From positions 8,568,465-8,632,464 of the forward strand of contig NC_068994.1 of assembly GCF_001194135.2 (NCBI RefSeq): a stretch of 64,000 nt of DNA, read 5' to 3'. The position numbers and the translations under genes were made by a program. Below are positions 39,060 through 53,616 of this stretch, one piece after another. The stretch's first letter is position 1, and every line of letters begins with the position of its first letter. The DNA comes from Octopus bimaculoides (lineage: Eukaryota). The notes below the pieces were generated by a model that saw only the letters and a program-made list of their open reading frames with translations, made no database searches and was not told the origin of the DNA.

Positions 39060-39218
39060 TTGTGTGTTGTGTAAACATACATTTATATATATATGTGTGC
39101 ACAATCTCAAAAGAGAACGCGTTGTATATAGTGTATCTATGTATGTATACACACGCGCGTATATGTTCATGTGCGTCTCTGTAATCTGGCCACTCTCTTT
39201 ATTTCTATTTCTCTCCCT

Positions 39219-39256
<38 letters not shown>

Positions 39257-39921
39257 ATATACACACACACACGCACACACACCTAGACAGACATACTTGC
39301 ATTACTATGTATGTCTCTATGTATATAAGCACGCAGCTATGCGCTTGACCGTTTGCGTGTGTACGTATATGTATATTTCTGTGTGTATGGCAGAGATCAG
39401 TTTTTTTTCTATTCCGTATGTCATTTTGTGTGTATTAGGATCTTAATAAATAAGACCCAAACGAAGAACATACTAAATGAAACGATAAATCTTGAATTCC
39501 ATTGAATATACACTTTGAATTCTTTTTCACATGAATGCCTACCCTTTTGCACGTCCATACACAAAACTCATCTAGAAAACTCACAGGTAAACGCACTCAC
39601 AGACAAACACGCACACACACATGCACACACAGATACACGTGCCTCACGTACACTCAGAGCTACAAAATACAGAATCGTCTTCAGCAAATGAGAATATAAG
39701 TTGACAACGTAATCAACGCTTGTTTCCTTTTACAACCCTAAAACATCGAAAGGCTTCGCCTTTTTCCGAACGGGGTTCAAATATTTGTACTACGCCTCTT
39801 ATATTTCTGTGGTCGATCAATACATATAAAATTGGCAAAAATGAGTCAAGTACAACAGCTAATAAAGAAATATCAATCGAATAAAAAGGCCACTATTGTT
39901 TTCTAATTTTTTTTTTAATTC

Positions 39922-40240
39922 TCATATTTTTCTCTCTCTTTCTCTCATAAGCTTGGAATCAGTTACATTACCGACTAAGCCAAATGGAGGTGAGGTATTA
40001 TTCGTACTGACTGTGTTACCAAAAAATGTAGATAACTCTTGTAAAGTTACTGTATTTGAGATAGATGCTCCTACCAAAAGTGAACATTTGGAGTTGAACA
40101 AAATAAATAAAGAAATATAATGAAATAACAATAACTCGGGAAGCAGGAATCCGGATCAACCAATTCCACCACTGCTGCTGCGTGATCTTTGTCTGCTGGG
40201 GCAGCTGATGATGGAGGTATGTTATATTGTTGGTATGGCT
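39922..40240. CDS. Non-repetitive, GC-richer island with exon-like signals on both strands
   Basis: Plus strand: pyrimidine tract-aAG|39952-39989|gtgagg. Minus strand: ttttggtAG at 40072-40071, then ASISNTVTLQELSTFFGNTVSTNNTSPPFGLV, and upstream PYQQYNIPPSSAAPADKDHAAAVVELVDPDSCFP. Strand unresolved. Confidence 0.25.
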
Positions 40241-41535
40241 GTTATCGTATGTGCAGAATAGTATTATAACACATCCATTTGATATATACCTATATATGTA
40301 TATCTGTGTAATATACATTTACGCACACATATACATATATATACCTAAATACATGTATATATGTATGTCTGTATGCACATATATATTTGTGTGTGAATGT
40401 GAGTGTTAGTGTGTGTGTGTGTGTGTACATATATATATATGTATGCATGTGTGTCTGCATGTATACATGCGTTCATGTATATGTGTAAGAGTGACAATAT
40501 CATCAGCATTTACCACGTAAATGCATCATTATCCAATTGACCTGGTTCTAAAGCTGTTTGTGATATGACTGTTACATTTTATTTTCTGTACAATATTATC
40601 CAAAGTATCTACTAAAAAAATATTAGGATGTGCTATCTTATATGATATCAGTCTTCTATATCCAGCAAGCCGTGCGATCATTTCAAGTTTTGAATTTGAA
40701 CCAAATGCTCTTTCGTGTTGTAAATGCTGCTGTTGCTTGGTCGTAAATGAATCTATATTATGTGCTACAATGAAAAACAAATAAAAGACTATCAAGTCGT
40801 GGCCAAACCATCTACGTTCTTTAGACAAGCCATAACTATGTCTTTGTTAGTCGATATATCGTCTAATTTTCTTCGGACAATATCGTACGAAGATTTAGAA
40901 AAATTTGGCTGTTACTTCTAATAAATTAAATAGCTTCAAAGATGTTTCCTACTTGGTACGAGCATTTGTGGTTTAATATAAGTGATTTGTCATTGTCGTC
41001 AACTGCAAATTGAAAATGTTCCGCTTGATAAGTTTTTACCAGTTACTTCGTAGCCTTTGCCAAGCGTATGAGAGCGAATGTGTAGGCTTGATTAGTTACA
41101 CGATCATAATTAGAGCTATTCAGTTTGTTTTAATTTAAAGGATATTTCTTGCATCAAGGTTGATATGCTGGCACTTGGCAGAGATAGTGAGACCAGGAGA
41201 TTGAGGGTCAAAAGAGGTTAATGAAAAACATGTTTCAATTAGCGTAATTAATGTGATATCCTATGGTAGCTTAACTAGAAACATAATTGAAAATATTTCA
41301 AAGATATATATATACATGTGCGCAGTCATTGGCCTCTGGTTGGCGAGGTAGTACGAAATTCTATCATGCAGTAGGACACTCTTGGCATATCCACATCTTT
41401 CACATTGATGTACTCTGTTGCGAATATATGTATGTATATATATATATACATACACCCCTCCCCCACAAATATATATGTGTGTGTGTGTGTATTTATATAT
41501 ATGCATATACATAAATAAATATATACACATACAGA

Positions 41536-41582
<47 letters not shown>

Positions 41583-41894
41583 ACATACATTATATATATA
41601 CAGTTATATATATATATATATATATACCAACATACATTATATATATACAGTTATATATATACACACACACAGACATACAGACACATACATATATACATAC
41701 ATACATATACATATGCATACATATATACATTCATCTTTATATACACAGAAATCTATACACATATACACAAGCACAGAAACACAAAAACACAAAATGCATT
41801 CCGCGCTCACACAAGCCCCAGAACACACACACACACAGACACACATACATACACGTAGACGCACACACACATATGTAATCTAGGAGGAGATCCT

Positions 41895-42095
41895 GGCGAC
41901 CTGGTTAAATCGTAAGCATCTCGGACAAAATGCTTAGCGTTATTTTGTCCGTCTTTACGTTCCGAGTTCAGATATCGCCAAGCTCGACTTTGCCATTCGT
42001 CCTCTCGTTGTCGATAAAATCAATATCGATGCAATTGACTTGCAGTACCTACTCACAAAATTTCAGGCATTGTGCATGTATTAGAAAATTACTAT
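41895..42095 (+). mobile_element. Diverged SINE family A
   Basis: ggacaaaatgcttagcg...ctttacgttccgagttca...ctcgactttgcc...caaaatttcaggcattgtgc. Confidence 0.7.
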
Positions 42096-43094
42096 CAATA
42101 AGATATATTACATGCATTGACAAAAGACTGGGAGCATATTTCTTCCGGATATTTAAATTTCGAAATCAACAGCGATCGATATACTTTGAGGTTTAATCTC
42201 ACCAGGTTTGATAAATTAAAATAGCAGTCAAGTATTGAGGTATATATGAATGTCTAAATCTTGTTCCCGAAATTACTGCCTTCTGTTTCATTAAGAAATA
42301 ATTATTGATGTGTAATGAAATTGATTAGTTTCTCGTAATAGAAGCCTTTAAATGCTGATATTTCTGTAATCATCATCATTTCTTGCGACGAAAATATTTA
42401 TGTATATGTTGTAGTTTGTGTGCTTATCTGGGTATTTCTCTTTTGTCATGTGTGAGTACGAGATTTTATAATTGTTCTTACAATACATACATATATATAT
42501 ATACACATAATAATAATATATTTACATTTTGAGGTGTGTTAGCTAGTCAATAGAAAACAGATATGACTAAATATGTGAAGATGAACAAGATGACTACTAC
42601 TGATAAATATGCAAATATTCGAGTTGCTAATTGGAATATGCATCGTTAAACGCAATAGTTATTGGTTTTGATAATTGTTTATCTGAAAAGAAATCAGAAA
42701 CGTCCAGGATTATGTTTACACATAGTAAAATAAAAACAAAACAAAAACAAAAACACCGTTACCGAATATTTGGCGAGAAATGATTGAATACAAACTTCCC
42801 AATGAAAATCACGTATAATATATATTAAGATTTATTACGCGAGAACATATTTGAATTTCATGTAGTTATAAAGGCAGACACATTTTTAGGATTGTCGATG
42901 GGACGATGAGGTCGGCAGAAAAAAAATAATGGATTGAAATATGTAGTTCTTACAGAGGAATACTTATGCAATTTAGAATTAAGTTCCAACATATATGGAA
43001 TGTATAGACAGAAATAAATGTTACAGAAGCATTCCGTGTATATGTATGTATGTATAAATATGTATATATACAAAACATGCATATATATGTATGC

Positions 43095-43325
43095 TATTTC
43101 TTTACTACCCACAAGGGGCTACACACAGAGGGGACAAACAAGGACAGACAAAGGGATTAAGTCGATTATACCGACCCCAGTGCGTAACTGGTACTTATTT
43201 AATTGACCCCGAAAGGATGAAAAGCAAAGTCAACCTCGGCGGAATTTGAACTCAGAACGTAGCGGCAGACGAAATACCGCTAAGCATTTCGCCCGGCGTG
43301 GTAACGTTTCTGCCAGCTCGCCGCC
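43095..43325 (-). mobile_element. Full-length young SINE family A with target-site duplication
   Basis: 12-bp duplication atatatgtatgc at 43083-43094 and 43329-43340. Confidence 0.92.
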
Positions 43326-43501
43326 TTAATATATGTATGCATATATATGTATATATGCCATATATGTGTATATATGTGTATATATATATGTATTGCAGGT
43401 ATCTAATCTGTAAATCAGAAATGTGTATTTTCTATTTGTTATTATGTATGTACGTATGTATGCATGTAGGCATATATATGCGCATGTAATATATGTATGT
43501 A

Positions 43502-43596
<95 letters not shown>

Positions 43597-44269
43597 GACA
43601 ATATGTAATCACGTAAGGTTGTATACATATGGAAATAGACGTTTGGATGCATATAAATTGTTTTTCATGTAACTTCTTGCAGTCGCCTGGAGTAAGTGTT
43701 ACAAATGATCGCTGATCGTTTTAACATTTTAGANNNNNNNNNNNNNNNNNNNNNNNNNNNNNNNNNNNNNNNNNNNNNNNNNNNNNNNNNNNNNNNNNNN
43801 NNNNNNNNNNNNNNNNNNNNNNNNNNNNNNNNNNNNNNNNNNNNNNNNNNNNNNNNNNNNNNNNNNNNNNNNNNNNNNNNNNNNNNNNNNNNNNNNAATA
43901 ATAAAGTCTGGTGGAGATGAATAAAAGATTGTGTGAGTTGGTGCAAAAAGAAATTTTTTTCAGAAAATAACAAATAACTTCTTTTTCCTTCGTAGACACG
44001 AACAACGTAATTTCTCGTAGAGTATATGTATGTAATAATATATTTATGATGCGTACCATTCTAAAATGATGTAGTCATCAACGTGTATACTAGGCATAAA
44101 CAAAGGCCTTGTGTGCGTCTATTTCAAATATATATATATATATATATATATAGCTCTGTGTGTGTGTGTGTGTGTAAGTCTGTGCGTTTACCGGTTTAAA
44201 TATTCATAAAATACTCATGTTCAACACAGTACTATATAAGAATACTATCACTGCCAGTCTACACACACA

Positions 44270-44760
<491 letters not shown>

Positions 44761-44849
44761 CAGAAATACAAGCACTGCTATGAACATTTGCATATTTTGA
44801 AAATTATTCCTCAATGTTTTCCTTAATTTTTCCGTAACGAAGCTTTGAG

Positions 44850-45380
44850 GTTGTAATGTTTTCCACTTCCAACTGTCAATTACGGAGCAGCTCTCACCTC
44901 ATCTCTTGATCTTCAAACTCCATATTGCCATAAACAAAATTAAAAGCATTCCTTAAATTGCCGTTTTCTTGATTACGTCCAGCACAGTATAAATATTTTA
45001 TTTTCGGCACTGTATATGAGTCTATAATAATTTAACACGAACTTCTTGTCTCAAGATGTTACTTTGTGGCTTCATGCAAATGTGCTTCCTGTTTCTCGTT
45101 GTTATTTCTAATGGAGTCTTCTCCATAGGCCCATTTAATACTCTAAATTCGTTACATTTCTCATTAAACCGAGATATGATCGAAAATATCCTCCAGCCGT
45201 GTTTATCCTGTAAGTTTTCTTGGCTGCTTATCAAACACATCCAACGCACGCGAAAACGTTTCTTTGAAAGATAGTGAAGAAATATTTAAGGCAGATGTTA
45301 TGTCTATAACAGGTAGCATGATCGATAAAGAAGATGCGCCTTCATTGGCTCGTGTTAGTAAAAGATGCGTATACCAATGT
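44850..45380 (-). pseudogene. Possible old RTE-like LINE 3' relic
   Basis: RIFSIISRFNEKCNEFRVL loosely resembles RRMLRISWTDxxTNEEVL. Weak. Confidence 0.3.
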
Positions 45381-45432
45381 AATGTGCAAGTGTTAACATG
45401 AATGTGTGTGTGTATGTGCCTTTGCATATGTA

Positions 45433-45464
<32 letters not shown>

Positions 45465-45981
45465 CATACATGTATTATTGCATTGATCTTTCAGAGTGTT
45501 TGTTTGGTTTTGTTGGTTGGTGCTCAGCAACAAGGAACCGATCTCTGACAACAAACACATAGTAATCGGTGTTCCAAATTTAGCAATTCCCTTTATCTTA
45601 ACATCGGGTTTTGCATAATTCTATGTTTACTTTTATTGAAGAAAATATTGTTAGCATTTTCTTTCAGCTGAAGCTGCAGTCGAAATGCCCACTTGTTCAA
45701 CATCTGAACATGTTTTGATGATTGCAGGCATGCTTTTTACCTACGTGATGTGTATGGATTGAGCGTATAAATCATACGTGTTCCAAAATTACAAAAAATA
45801 ACGTTTGGTTTTTATGATTATTTAATTCACAACGCTCTGAGCAATTTCTCTTGCATTTCAAACAATGTTGGCTGCTACACATTTCATAGTAACTTTTCAG
45901 TGAATCGTGTACATGAGGATGTGTGTTAATGTATCTGATTTACTTTTGTAGGTATGTGTGCGAGTCGATATATATTGAGAA

Positions 45982-46045
<64 letters not shown>

Positions 46046-47192
46046 TGGAAAAAGAAACAAAGCTGGATAAATAAATAGATAAATTAGACAGACAGATATA
46101 TAGATATAAATAAAGGTATATATAAAGACAGATATAAATGTTTAAACATATACATATATATATATATGTATATGTACATGTGTATATATACATGTGTATA
46201 CACACGCAAATGTAAGTACGTATGTATTTGCATACATACATACATACTTTCCATTCAACTATATTTATAAATACACATATGTAAGCAGTTATTTCTCCCC
46301 AGACCTGTAGAGAATAAGAAATATATGCTTAAATACAAGTATGCATGGCTGTATACACATCATATATATATATATTTGCATATATATATCATATGTACCT
46401 ATATATATTTATATATAAGAAATGAGGGCAGGGAATCGTCAATTAATAATATAATTAACAATTAACAATTTTGCCAAGTAGTTCAGTATGAAATAAACCT
46501 TTATCGGTAAGACCATTTATCATCATAAATATAAGGGATTAGCAATTGAGTTGCTTCTCCAACATACTGAAAATTCATACACACATCATATATATATTTA
46601 TATATATATATATATGATGTGTGTATGAATGTATGTTTGTATATGGCGTATTTGGTTCTGCTCAGGTTTCTTAATACCAAAATAAATATAATCCCATAAA
46701 CTCAATCTATTTGGAGTAAATTGCTTTAAAGAAAAAAAATATGCCAAATATAGTCATTTCGTCCTGGAATATTGATTCAACTCAACAGATTTGCATGCAA
46801 GGTAATTCAGAGGATGGTACATGATGACCTTCGAAAAAATATGTACATAGCTGTATGTCTATATATTTATTTGTCCGTGGATAAGTGTACGTATATAATT
46901 GTGCATGCTGATAGATGTACGCATTTATATGATATATAGATAGATATATATATGAGGCACTGACACACATACTCAAACACACACTCACATAAGCACACAT
47001 GTATGTATATATGTAGGAGTAAAGAGACACATTTAGAACTTGAGACATAATTTTAGCTGTATATGTTATCTATATTCTGGGAATAGATGCATTTTGGAAA
47101 CACAATTAAAACTCATATAAATATTGTAAGTGACTAATGTTTCTGATCACTAAGGTTTCCAATGTTCTGTGTTGGGAATACAGATTATTCTT

Positions 47193-47353
47193 ACAGTTCT
47201 ATATTTAAGAGATGAGGAATCGTACATTTGACGGATATTTGCCTTCATCTTGTTTGTTGTTAAACAACGTTTTCGCTGGTATACCCTCCAGCCTTCATCA
47301 GGTGACTTTGGGAAATTTTGAACCTGGGTTCTCATTCCTAAGGTATTTTTCGA

Positions 47354-47396
<43 letters not shown>

Positions 47397-47646
47397 AGAG
47401 CGCGGGTTACTAACTCCAAGATTCCGACTTAGATTCCAGGCAGTGACTTGAATAATAATAATAATAATAATAAGAAGAAGAAGAAGAACAACAACAACAA
47501 CAGCATCGAAAAATACCTTAGGAATGAGAACACAAGTTCGAAATTTCCCCAAGACACCTGATGAAGGCTGGAGGGTATATCAGCCGAAACATTGTGTTAA
47601 CAACAAACAAGATGAGGACAAATACCCGTCAAATGTAAATAACGTA
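47193..47646. mobile_element. Head-to-head pair of family D hammerhead element with microsatellite spacer
   Basis: Minus copy 47193-47355 and plus copy 47505-47646. The spacer is (ATT)n, about 55 bp unique, then (AAT)n(AAG)n(AAC)n. Confidence 0.9.
47553..47598 (+). ncRNA. Hammerhead core with mutated stem III palindrome (ACGU to ACAU)
   Basis: gacac ctgatga a ggctg gagggtatat cagcc gaaa catt gtgtt. Confidence 0.7.
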
Positions 47647-47689
47647 GGTTATTCTTAGTTTTCCTATCGTCAGATGGAATGAACATGTT

Positions 47690-48680
47690 TCAGAAAAATA
47701 AAAGTTATATAACCACTGAGGCTTTTGTTGAAATCGTTGAGCTCCATATACCTTATTGAATACTTAGTCTCTCACGGTGGAAAACTGTAGTCTATAATAC
47801 GGAACATACATACATTCACTTAGGAATATGTAAAGATATATATAACCCACTGAAAACAGACTGGTTTGACATTGTACGAGGTGTACGCCAGGGAGCATCC
47901 TTTCTCAGCAACTCTTCCAAATATATTCCGACGAAATACATGTATGGTTTCACTAGAAGCATCAACATTAAAAGCAATTTTATCACAAATCTGAAGTATG
48001 CAAGCAATGAAGTTCTCATAGCTGGTAGCATTTAAGTGCTAGAGGACTTAGTTAATATAACCGATGCAAGTACTCGAGCTGGGCTTCATCTAACACTCCG
48101 ACCAAACTTAAGTAATCAAAGTAATTAAAAGCACAACGAACAATGAAGAAGGTGATATAATAAACAATGAAGATATCTAAAACAAAAAACGAATTTCTGT
48201 ACTCTTATCACCAACGACTGCATTGGCATCTGTGAAAAATGAAAAAAAAACTCGGAATAAGCAATACAGCTTTGATAAACTGAAAAGCATGGGAAAACGA
48301 GAAGGAGAACAAAAAGAAAAAAACAATGAAAACAATTCTTGAATTCATTGATATTTATCATATCCACATATGGACCTGAATGCTGCACTATGAAGAAAAT
48401 TAATAAACGGAAAATTGAAGCATTTGAACAATGGCGTTTAAGACGTATTCTCAGGATAAGCTGGACGGATAAAAGAATTAACGAGTGGGTCCTTCGTAAT
48501 ATAAAGTGACAGGAAAGGCTGTTAAATACTATTATGAAAAGAAAATGGACAGGCCATATAGTTATAAGAGAAGACCTTGATAAGTTCCTGTTAACTGGCG
48601 TGGCATATCACAAAGGAACGAGAGGAAAACCTAGAAGCAGTTTTGGCGACAACATCAAAGAAGCTAGTAGAGCAAGTTTT
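47690..48680 (+). pseudogene. Decayed RTE-clade LINE, RT domain through C-terminus
   Basis: TDWFDIVRGVRQGA; ITNLKYASNEVLIA (decayed NLRYADD); KIEAFEQWRLRRILRISWTDKRINEWVL; KGTRGKPRSSFGDNIKE. Confidence 0.85.
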
Positions 48681-48763
48681 ACCTAAATGTGCAGAATGGT
48701 ACAGAGACGACACGGGTGGAGAGCTGCGGCGGCTCCATCATTTGAGCCTTCCCTCTAAAGAAG

Positions 48764-48798
<35 letters not shown>

Positions 48799-48934
48799 NN
48801 NNNNNNNNNNCACACATTTATGTATGAATGTATATATATGCATATATATGCGTCTATATATACATACGTTATTCGATAGAATTATGTATGTATTTTTAGT
48901 TTCTAAAAATAATAACTACTGGAGTGGAATTTTT

Positions 48935-49010
48935 CGACTAAAATCCTTCAAGGCGATGCTCCAGCATGGCTGCAGTCAAATGACTGGAGCAAGTAATAGA
49001 ATAGAATAGT
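48935..49010 (+). mobile_element. SINE family C 3' terminus
   Basis: ttcaaggcgatgctccagcatggctgcagtcaaatgactg..caagta. The same end appears at 27535-27590 and, reversed, at 4405-4465. Confidence 0.7.
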
Positions 49011-49227
49011 ATAATACGTATTCTGAAATCAATATGGCTACCATTGCTCGCTTCCCTGTTTTCATGCATGTTATATGATTTATCTCCTATACGTTGCTCA
49101 AACAATTGTAAAACGTGGAATAAACACGAATTCCGTTATTCCCTTTTTATACACACATGCATTCGCACACATACATGTGCGTACACACACACGCATATGG
49201 GATGTAATTTATTCTATGATAATTTTT

Positions 49228-49420
49228 TTTACTAGGCACAAGGCCCAACATGTTAGGGAAGGAGCCAGTCGGTTAGGTCGACCCCATTACGCAACTGGTG
49301 CTTAATTTATCGACCCCGAAAGGATGAAAAGCAAAGTCGATCTCGGTGGAATTTGAACTCAGAGTGTTATACAGCTAAGCATTTCGCCCGACGTGCTAAC
49401 GTTTCTGCCAGATTGCTGCC
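49228..49420 (-). mobile_element. SINE family A
   Basis: Clear reverse copy with a short deletion in the head. Confidence 0.85.
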
Positions 49421-50504
49421 TTTAATTTATTCTGTAATGGTAACGATAATGTGGACTGGGATGACATCGAATAGGAATGAGTGTAGTCACAAGTATTTGG
49501 TGTATCTGTGGGAATATAGGGTGGAAAATACATAAAACATGTAGTAGATATAATTATATACGAGAATTAAACTCATCCTCGAAATAATGAAAACGAATAA
49601 TCAAAGCAAAACTATATTTTGGACAAGTTGAACAGAATAGTTAGTGTATGTAATGATTAAATTGAAATAGAATGAAGAGGAATAATAATGTTGTACAGCT
49701 AAGCTAAATGGTACGTAAATAATTACATGGAATTATTTCAATTTTTAAATTAAAGCGACACAAAAATTATTGCGTGAAATACGTATGATTTTTTTTTAAA
49801 GAAAAGTAGTTACTAAGTTGCCGAAATTGTTCTTATATGAGCTTACGAGCTTTCTTATATTATAATAGTTAATTAATTCTTTATATCAAAATTAATTGGA
49901 ATCGAACGTACATGAGAATATATAAATGTATTGTGATTTAAGCTAATGATAGAATTATGCTTTTTTAAAATAATCATTTGGAAGAGAAAAAGAGAATTAG
50001 CGAAATGGATGTAATTATTATGGAAATAGAATACGTATTTTATACGATGGTAAGGTAATTATGAATAAGATCGTTGTGCTAAAGGAAATATATGAAACAA
50101 GAAAATATACTGATATACTGAAAGCAATGCAGTCAAACATGATGTAAGATACGTTAAGAGTAATACAATGAACGCTACCGCAAGAGAAATATATATCATT
50201 ATGGTGTATCATAATGCCTTTGAAAAGATACAGTGATAATTGCAAAAAAAATTCCTTCGGATAAATTTAACTTTATCTTTCAGATAATGTTAAAGTTAAT
50301 ATGCTGAATTTCATACATAGAAGGAACAAGCATTTCTACTATTATTTAAAGATAGATGCAATTACGTATCTCCTGGCAAAGAAAAGGGGAAAAATATAAA
50401 GGTAGATAAATCACAATGCAGGTGGTTAAAATTGGTATGCGTGTATGTATGTGTGTGTAGGAATGGATATACACACTCAAACACACACATACATGCTCAC
50501 ACAC

Positions 50505-50557
<53 letters not shown>

Positions 50558-50577
50558 TGAGAGAGAGAGATTATGTA

Positions 50578-50621
<44 letters not shown>

Positions 50622-50984
50622 CTAAGAAAATGATGCACTGTCAATATGGACATGTTAGTATCATAGATAAAAGTTTTATTAAACGATGAACTCATCGCAT
50701 ATGATATATCAATACTTAGAAGGAACGGCAATGAAGGATTGGAAGAACTAAGAAGAACACTAGTAAATAAGTCAACGTAAAGTGAATATAGCATAAAAAA
50801 AAACAGTCGAGTAATTTACAGAGATAAATATGGAGAAAATTGAACAAGAATTAACAGGTAGAATACGCTGATGCCTGGGTGAAGTAACGATTAGAAGATA
50901 ATATATCTTGGAAAAGGCATGTAAGAAACTCCAGACACAGAGTAAGGGAAATAGTTTAAATGAAACGTTGTAGTTCAAGCACTA

Positions 50985-51140
50985 ACATGGCTATGTGGTT
51001 AAGGAGTTGGTCTTCGTAACCATGTTGGTGCAGGTTCAATCTCACTGCACGACAAGTTGGGCAAGTGTTTTCTACTATATTTCCTTGACTATCAGCGATT
51101 GTTGGTAAATCTGGTGGAGAGAAGTATACGGAAGCACTTC
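50985..51140 (+). mobile_element. Diverged SINE family C
   Basis: catggctatgtggttaag...ggttcaatctcactgc...ttgggcaagtgttttctactata. Confidence 0.65.
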
Positions 51141-51161
51141 ACACATATATACCTGTGTGTA

Positions 51162-51200
<39 letters not shown>

Positions 51201-51204
51201 GTGT

Positions 51205-51238
<34 letters not shown>

Positions 51239-51239
51239 A

Positions 51240-51270
<31 letters not shown>

Positions 51271-51778
51271 TCAGAAATTGAATAGCGAAAGCGCTTAAAC
51301 ACGATATAAAAACTACATTTCAAAATGCTCGGATCATCCGGTATTTCTACATGTGTTTATTAANNNNNNNNNNNNNNNNNNNNNNNNNNNNNNNNNNNNN
51401 NNNNNNNNNNNNNNNNNNNNNNNNNNNNNNNNNNNNNNNNNNNNNNNNNNNNNNNNNNNNNNNNNNNNNNNNNNNNNNNNNNNNNNNNNNNNNNNNNNNN
51501 NNNNNNNNNNNNNNNNNNNNNNNNNNATATATATATATATATGAATATATATTTGTGTATGTACATGATTACGCATGTAATGTATTTTATTTAGCCTGTT
51601 TGTTTCGCTAAACCTCTTTGTGTACAGATGTGTGAGTTAGCGCAAATATGTAAGTCCGTATGTGCGTGGCGATCAATGACTTGCAAATGAACTATTTAGT
51701 CAGAAAGTCTGTGGAACCTCCTCATACGTACATACATTTATATATATATATTATGTGTACGTATATATATATATCTAA

Positions 51779-51813
<35 letters not shown>

Positions 51814-53450
51814 GTACCTTCTCGCTGTATTTACATCAGTAATTCGCTCTTCTAAATATTGTTCTCTAACTTCCGAAAGATCATGGGCGAAAGAATTCAC
51901 GATTACACATTTTATTCTAAGTTGCTGGGCATAGCTTCTTTCATCTCACCGACTGGAATATATCACGCACGCACGCACACACACAGAGATAGATGAACAG
52001 GCAGATAGATTGATAGATACAAATATAGACACAAACATATATATATAATGTGTGTGTGTGTGTGTGTGTGTGTTTGTTCCCTCCTCCGCTTGACAATCGC
52101 CATTTGCATCGCTGTAACTTGGATGTTAGGCAAACGAAACCCAGAGAACAAATACCAAAGGTGAAAATAAAAGTGCTGGTGTCGATTTTCTTGTCTAAGA
52201 CTATCAAGGTGGTACCACACAACATCTGTGGTCCTATAACTGATACGCGTGACATAAAATAAAGCGAAATTATGATGGTATCTGAGGATATAAAGAATTA
52301 ATTATTCAAAACTGAAAATTCGATTTTTTAGCAGTTCAATTTTAAACATTTCACTTGGAAAGAGAAGATGACATTAAAAAGCAGGAATCAAAATATCTAA
52401 TAAAAATGCAGAGGAAATAAATATGGAATGAGATAAATAAATTGACGAAATAGTAAAACAAATACGATAGGAGATATACATACTTTCATAGATACATACA
52501 TAAACACACATGTATATATAAATGTGTCTGCAATTTCATCTTGTCAAGGAGATTGACAATCATAGGAAACTGTCAATTGCGCAGTAATCAAATTCCATTC
52601 CGCACCTCTCTCCCCCCCTCTCTCTCTCTCTCCCACGCCCTCTCCCCCTTTCTCTCTCATATCGTTCTAACTGGCAGTTCCTCAAAAAAATATTTAATCA
52701 AATATTACACTCCTTTCCAAATCCTAATTAAAAATGTCTGCTCACGAAATGGTTTCATGTATGGTTTTTAAAGTTTTCTGCAACACCAGTCAAAATCAAT
52801 AGAAAATTCTATCACACACGCTGTACACACACACACACAGACAGAGGCACAAACACACAGATGCAGACAAACACAGATGCCCGTTTATACATCTGTGAGC
52901 AATAAATCACAATATTTCCTCATACCTAATGGCCGCTTGCGTTTGACGTTTGTCCTCCATACTTATCGGTAAATATGAAATTGAATTGTGATAGATGCAC
53001 TAAAATGCGTTTTGGGCATTTCACTTAATCGTATGGCTGATAACGCATTTCTAAGGTGATTTGTCACATGGTGTGTTGAGTTGTCAGGGGCGTATGTGCT
53101 TTTCAAAAGTAACAGCAAATGCATATTTATTAGTGTTAGTCATGTAGATGCCAATGGTAGAAATGATTTCCATTCGTTTGTATCACCAAGTAATTCAGTT
53201 TCTGAGGTAATTACGCTGTTCGCCTTATGGCCTTGGATTTGGTTCGGCATGTAATTGCTCATCTGCCTAGTCGGACATTTTGAGGCGCCCATACTTGTCG
53301 TCAGGTATCCAAAAGCTTATTTCAATATTGCTTCTTTAACATTTAATTAAGACTATGCATTCCCTGTTTCTTTGAATTTAATTCTAAATCATACATAATC
53401 CACTCGTAAGAACTACATATTTTAATCCATTGCTTCTTATACATATATAC

Positions 53451-53616
53451 GACGGGCTTCTTTTCAGTTTCCGCCTACCAAATCCACTCATAAGTCTTTG
53501 GTCGGCCCGAGGCTATAATAGAAGACACTTGCCCAAGATGCCACGCAGTGGGAATGAACCCAGAACCATGTGGTTGGTAAGCAAGCTACTTACCACACAG
53601 CCACTCCTGCGCCTAT
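53451..53616 (-). mobile_element. SINE family C 5' half
   Basis: Near-exact reverse complement of 11965-12126. Confidence 0.9.

Noticed and set aside
49900-50900. Faint RT-like motifs here and at 42540-43000
   Set aside because: Only one or two loose motifs each. They are likely old LINE debris but too decayed to call.
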